A stretch of 64,000 bases of DNA, from the NCBI GenBank assembly GCA_039680575.1, contig JBDKSP010000020.1, forward strand, positions 1 through 64,000, read 5' to 3'. The position numbers were made by a program, and so were the translations under genes. Numbering within the stretch: position 1 is the stretch's first letter; every line of letters begins with the position of its first letter. Positions 60,659 through 64,000 of the stretch are shown in pieces. The notes below the pieces were generated by a model. It was not told the origin of the DNA, searched no databases, and saw nothing but the letters and a program-made list of their open reading frames with translations. Origin of the DNA: Armatimonadota bacterium (GTDB taxonomy: Bacteria > Armatimonadota > UBA5829 > DTLH01).

Positions 60659-61423
60659 ATGTCGAAAGTTGATGTGATTATAATGGCCGGAGCGCCTGCT
60701 GACCCGGATATGTGTGCTCCCGGCGAGAAAATAAGTCGAGCGATGATTAATATCGCCGGTAAAACTATGATCCAGTGGATTATGGACGCGCTGAACAGCT
60801 CAGAGACCATTTGTCGAAAGATCGCAGTAGGCGATGTCGCGGCTGACGGACTGGATGAGGTTGTAAAACCAGGTTCAGGATTTCTGGATAATCTTATGCT
60901 TGGACTGGAACGATGCCAGGGAGCTGACCGCGTGCTGGTGATGACATCCGATATACCGATGCTCACGCCCGAAGCCGTGGATGATTATGTAAACCGTGCA
61001 ATAGACTCCGGCGGCGATATGTGTTACCCGATTGTTACCCAAAAAGCCTGTCTTGAAAAATACCCTCACATGAAACGGACGTATCTCAAGACGGCTGAAG
61101 GGATGTTCACAGGCGGGAATATGATGATCCTCGGCACCGAGTTCCTCAAGCGAAACCAGGGGCTCATTACCGAGGCCTATAATGCGCGGAAAAACCCGGT
61201 GAAACTGGCATCCATGATCGGGTTGGGGTTCCTGTTCAGATTAGTCCTCGCTCAGGTGTTGGCTCCGTCCTTGTTGCCTATTCCGATGCTGGAAAAGTCT
61301 CTGTCAAAAGCACTGAAATGCAAAATAGTCGCCATACGGACTGATTACCCTGAAATCGGAGCCGATGTGGATAAACCGTCCGATCTGGCGGAGGTACAGA
61401 CAGTGCTTAGTGATAGGGGATAG
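60659..61423 (+). CDS. MobA-like nucleotidyltransferase domain protein
   Basis: IIMAG, GKTMIQW, TSDIPML, FTGGN, DVDKPSDL. Confidence 0.8.
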   Translation: MSKVDVIIMAGAPADPDMCAPGEKISRAMINIAGKTMIQWIMDALNSSETICRKIAVGDVAADGLDEVVKPGSGFLDNLMLGLERCQGADRVLVMTSDIPMLTPEAVDDYVNRAIDSGGDMCYPIVTQKACLEKYPHMKRTYLKTAEGMFTGGNMMILGTEFLKRNQGLITEAYNARKNPVKLASMIGLGFLFRLVLAQVLAPSLLPIPMLEKSLSKALKCKIVAIRTDYPEIGADVDKPSDLAEVQTVLSDRG

Positions 61424-61460
61424 GGAACAGAATCTCATATGCTTGTATGGTTTGAAGTAT

Positions 61461-61630
61461 GGTAACTCAAGAAGTTATGATTGAGATACCGGGGTGGAGG
61501 GGCTAGCTATGCTTCTGCGTCCTCTGACAAGGACGACAGCGTCCCGAAGACATCCCCCACCTCCATATAAGCGTCAATTGGAATATTGCGGCTCCTAGTG
61601 GAGACCGACTATCACGCAAGCAAACGCTCG
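61461..61630 (+). ncRNA. putative IS110 bridge RNA
   Basis: 5' stem-loop at 61461-61490; target-binding loop at 61491-61564 with TATGCTTC and GTCCCGAAG matching the insertion target; second stem-loop at 61571-61627. Confidence 0.75.
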
Positions 61631-61669
61631 TGGAGATCCACCCCGAACTACAAGCGAGGTAATTATAGC

Positions 61670-62593
61670 ATGAAGTTCTATGGAGTGGATGTAAGCAAGG
61701 ATACCCTAGACATCTGTAGCGATGCCAAGATAGTGCAGATCGGTAATGACAAGAAGTCTATCAGGTCCTTTCTTAAGAGTGTATCTTCCGGCAGCGTGGT
61801 GGCAATGGAGTCGACCAATAAGTATCATCTGGTGATGGCAGATTTATGTTATGCGGCTGGGATGAAGGTGTATGTGGTGAATCCTCGCATGACTCGCCAC
61901 TACCGGGAAGCTCTGAATCTGCGCGGTCATACTGACAGGCTGGATGCAAAGACGATTAGCTCGTATATTAAGCATCATCACGATGATCTGCGTCCTTATG
62001 TGCCTAAGTCCACCGACCAGCGGAGACTGCAGGGCATAATCCGCAGGAGAGCGAAGCTCGTAGCAGTCAAAGTGCAACTGCACCAAAGCATGCAGGAAAT
62101 CAAGGAACTCAAGAGTGATCTGGATGCTGTGCTAAAACGTATAGATAAGATGCTGGTTCAGATCGATGTGCTCATAGACAAGCAATTGGAAGGTAACGTA
62201 GGTCGTGATCGGCTTGCAACAATAACAAGTGTAGGCCCAGTAGTGAGCGCGGCTCTGGTTGCCGATTTGGATGCAGGGGAGTTTGTAAGCGCTGATGCCT
62301 TTGTTGCATTCTATGGACTTGACCCGGTGCCCAATGACTCCGGCAAGTCCAGGGGCAAAAGGAAGATCAGCAAGAAAGGCCATAGACTTGGTAGGACCCT
62401 GCTCTATGTCTCCGCACTGTCGGCAGCCAGCTCAAAAGCCTGGAAGCCAGTATACGAGCACATACTCGCAAAGGGCCTCACGCGGGTGTAGGCATTGGTT
62501 TGCCTTGCCCGCAAGATAGCCCGAACTGCCTGGTCGGTATATACACATAAGACAGTGTTTGAGGCAGAAAGACTACTTGTGGGCTTGACATAA
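61670..62593 (+). pseudogene. IS110 transposase (DEDD RuvC + Tnp) with premature TAG
   Basis: GVDVSK, MEST, TDRLDA, DSG serine; TAG at 62489-62491 followed in frame by ALVCLARKIARTAW… up to TAA at 62591-62593. Confidence 0.85.
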
Positions 62594-62656
62594 AGCATAG
62601 AATCTTCGGGACCGTAGTTCGTCCCGAAGCACACTCTCCACTAATCTATCCCCTTG

Positions 62657-62799
62657 CTCGGTAGGGATTTGCAATCCCTGCCGGAGAGGCAAGTGAGGCA
62701 TCTGTGATGCCGGATATGCAAGATTAGATTGCTATTACACATCCGGGATCAGAGATCCCTCTTATGTCAGTCCGGGCTGCATTGCAAATACAGCCCGAG
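62657..62799 (+). repeat. three-hairpin structured element, copy 2
   Basis: Homologous to the reverse complement of 52208-52343, with pairing-preserving changes. Confidence 0.85.
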
Positions 62800-62994
62800 T
62801 AGGGGGAACAGAAGAAATAGTGGATGTTTTCTTCCCGAAGCACGAATTTCCACTAATCCCATCTGATGGCTGAATACTGATTACTGAAAGCTTGCCAATT
62901 CATTGTATCAGTTGACATTGCTTGCTATAATACATCTGGCTGGCGGGCGGCGTTGCCCGTGTAAGCGCCCGAGGCCGCAACTTGAGGGTATAAT

Positions 62995-63837
62995 ATGAGA
63001 GAGATAAACGCATCTGCTATCACAAATGCCGTTGCGGCGGCCTGTATGGCTGCCAACTATGAACTGCCTGAAGACGTCGAACAAGCACTTCAGGATGGAT
63101 TGGTAAACGAAGAATCTCCAGTAGGAAAGGATATCTTCTACCAACTCATCGAAAACGCCAGGATCGCTCGTGAGGAATCGGTTCCAATCTGCCAGGATAC
63201 CGGCTTTACGGTGATATTTGTCCGCATTGGGCAGGAAGTCCATATCACCGGAGGCGGGCTGGCAGACGCCATAAACGAAGGCGTCAGGCGAGGCTATGCT
63301 GAAGGTTTCCTCCGAAAGTCGATAGTCGCTCATCCTCTGGAGCGAATCAACACTGGCGATAACACCCCCGCAATCATCCACACAGAAATCATTCCCGGCG
63401 ATCAGCTTTATATTACTATTGCCCCCAAAGGCGGAGGCAGCGGGAATATGAGCGGTGTCCGCATGTTGAAGCCTTCGGATGGTGTTGAGGGTGTCAAAAA
63501 GTATGTTGTGGAGTTGGTGAAGTCTGCCGGATCAAATCCGTGTCCGCCTATCATAATCGGAGTCGGTATCGGCGGAACGATGGAGAAGGCTGCAATCATG
63601 GCAATGGACGCAGTGCTCCGTGAGGTCGGCAAACACAGCGATAACGCGTATGATGCGGCGCTCGAAGATGAGTTACTCAGGCTGGTAAACGACACCGGCG
63701 TAGGTCCCGGGGGACTTGGCGGCCGGATAACCGCGCTTGCGGTAAATGTGGAGACATATCCCGCGCATATCGCGAGCCTGCCGGTCGCCGTCAATATCCA
63801 GTGCCACGCAGCGCGGCATAAGGAGATAATACTTTAG
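62995..63837 (+). CDS. class I Fe-S fumarate hydratase / tartrate dehydratase alpha subunit
   Basis: PICQDTG, LRKSIV, NTGDNTP, KGGGS, NPCPP, NIQCHAARH. Confidence 0.92.
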   Translation: MREINASAITNAVAAACMAANYELPEDVEQALQDGLVNEESPVGKDIFYQLIENARIAREESVPICQDTGFTVIFVRIGQEVHITGGGLADAINEGVRRGYAEGFLRKSIVAHPLERINTGDNTPAIIHTEIIPGDQLYITIAPKGGGSGNMSGVRMLKPSDGVEGVKKYVVELVKSAGSNPCPPIIIGVGIGGTMEKAAIMAMDAVLREVGKHSDNAYDAALEDELLRLVNDTGVGPGGLGGRITALAVNVETYPAHIASLPVAVNIQCHAARHKEIIL

Positions 63838-63863
63838 GGAACAGGTGATAGGGAACAGAATCA

Positions 63864-63928
63864 CGTCACCCTGAGCTTGACTCAGAGTCCATTTTCTTCC
63901 TGGATGCTGAATCAAGTTCAGCATGACG
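63864..63928 (-). repeat. REP-like family A copy 4 (inverted)
   Basis: Reverse complement GTCATGCTGAACTTGATTCAGCATCC…GACTCTGAGTCAAGCTCAGGGTGAC. Confidence 0.88.
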
Positions 63929-64000
63929 TATTCTCTTTGCTTCGGACTGCTTGCTCTCGCATCATCTAAAGTTTCAGTCAATTGTGACTGAAACTCTCCG

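Larger units (their letters stand above)
61442..62606 (+). mobile_element. IS110 family insertion sequence inserted into a family B REP palindrome
   Basis: CTT at both junctions (61442-61444 and 62604-62606); removing the element restores the REP; DEDD transposase inside. Confidence 0.9.

Noticed and set aside
61586..61669. N-terminal extension of the IS110 transposase
   Set aside because: Falls within the bridge RNA region; ATG 61670 has a GAGGT SD and starts the RuvC domain.
62489..62491. Pyrrolysine read-through of the TAG in the transposase
   Set aside because: No pyl genes in the window; a nonsense mutation is far simpler.

Overview
Bacterial chromosomal window (diderm-type gene content, ~50% GC) that is mostly housekeeping or accessory metabolism: alr, an M16 peptidase, a lytic transglycosylase, tRNA-Ser(GCT), a pterin cluster, a MATE transporter, a sulfatase/anSME/SulP cluster, CIRCE-groES-groEL, mgtA, ispE and a fumarase alpha subunit. 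Two regions stand out. (1) A ~13 kb minus-strand selenium island (44905-57670) holds selA, a three-domain selD fusion and selB, followed by a Cys-rich SAM methyltransferase, three HgdAB/double-cubane-like Fe-S proteins and their ATP-dependent activator. It is headed by a promoter-to-terminator three-gene unit in which two ORFs called as ending at TGA look like unannotated selenoproteins: a membrane-anchored protein ending C-P-T-U-L and an exported protein with G-U-G-G-T-C. Each has a G-loop SECIS-like hairpin, and they flank a membrane polyferredoxin. (2) An IS110 element (61442-62606) sits inside a REP-like palindrome. Its left end contains a bridge-RNA-like structure whose two guide segments match the reconstructed empty target, and its circle junction would form a TTGACA-N17-TATGGT promoter; the transposase carries a late nonsense mutation. 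Several families of nested REP/MITE-like palindromic repeats are also present. All calls come from reading the sequence and motifs; no database searches were run.
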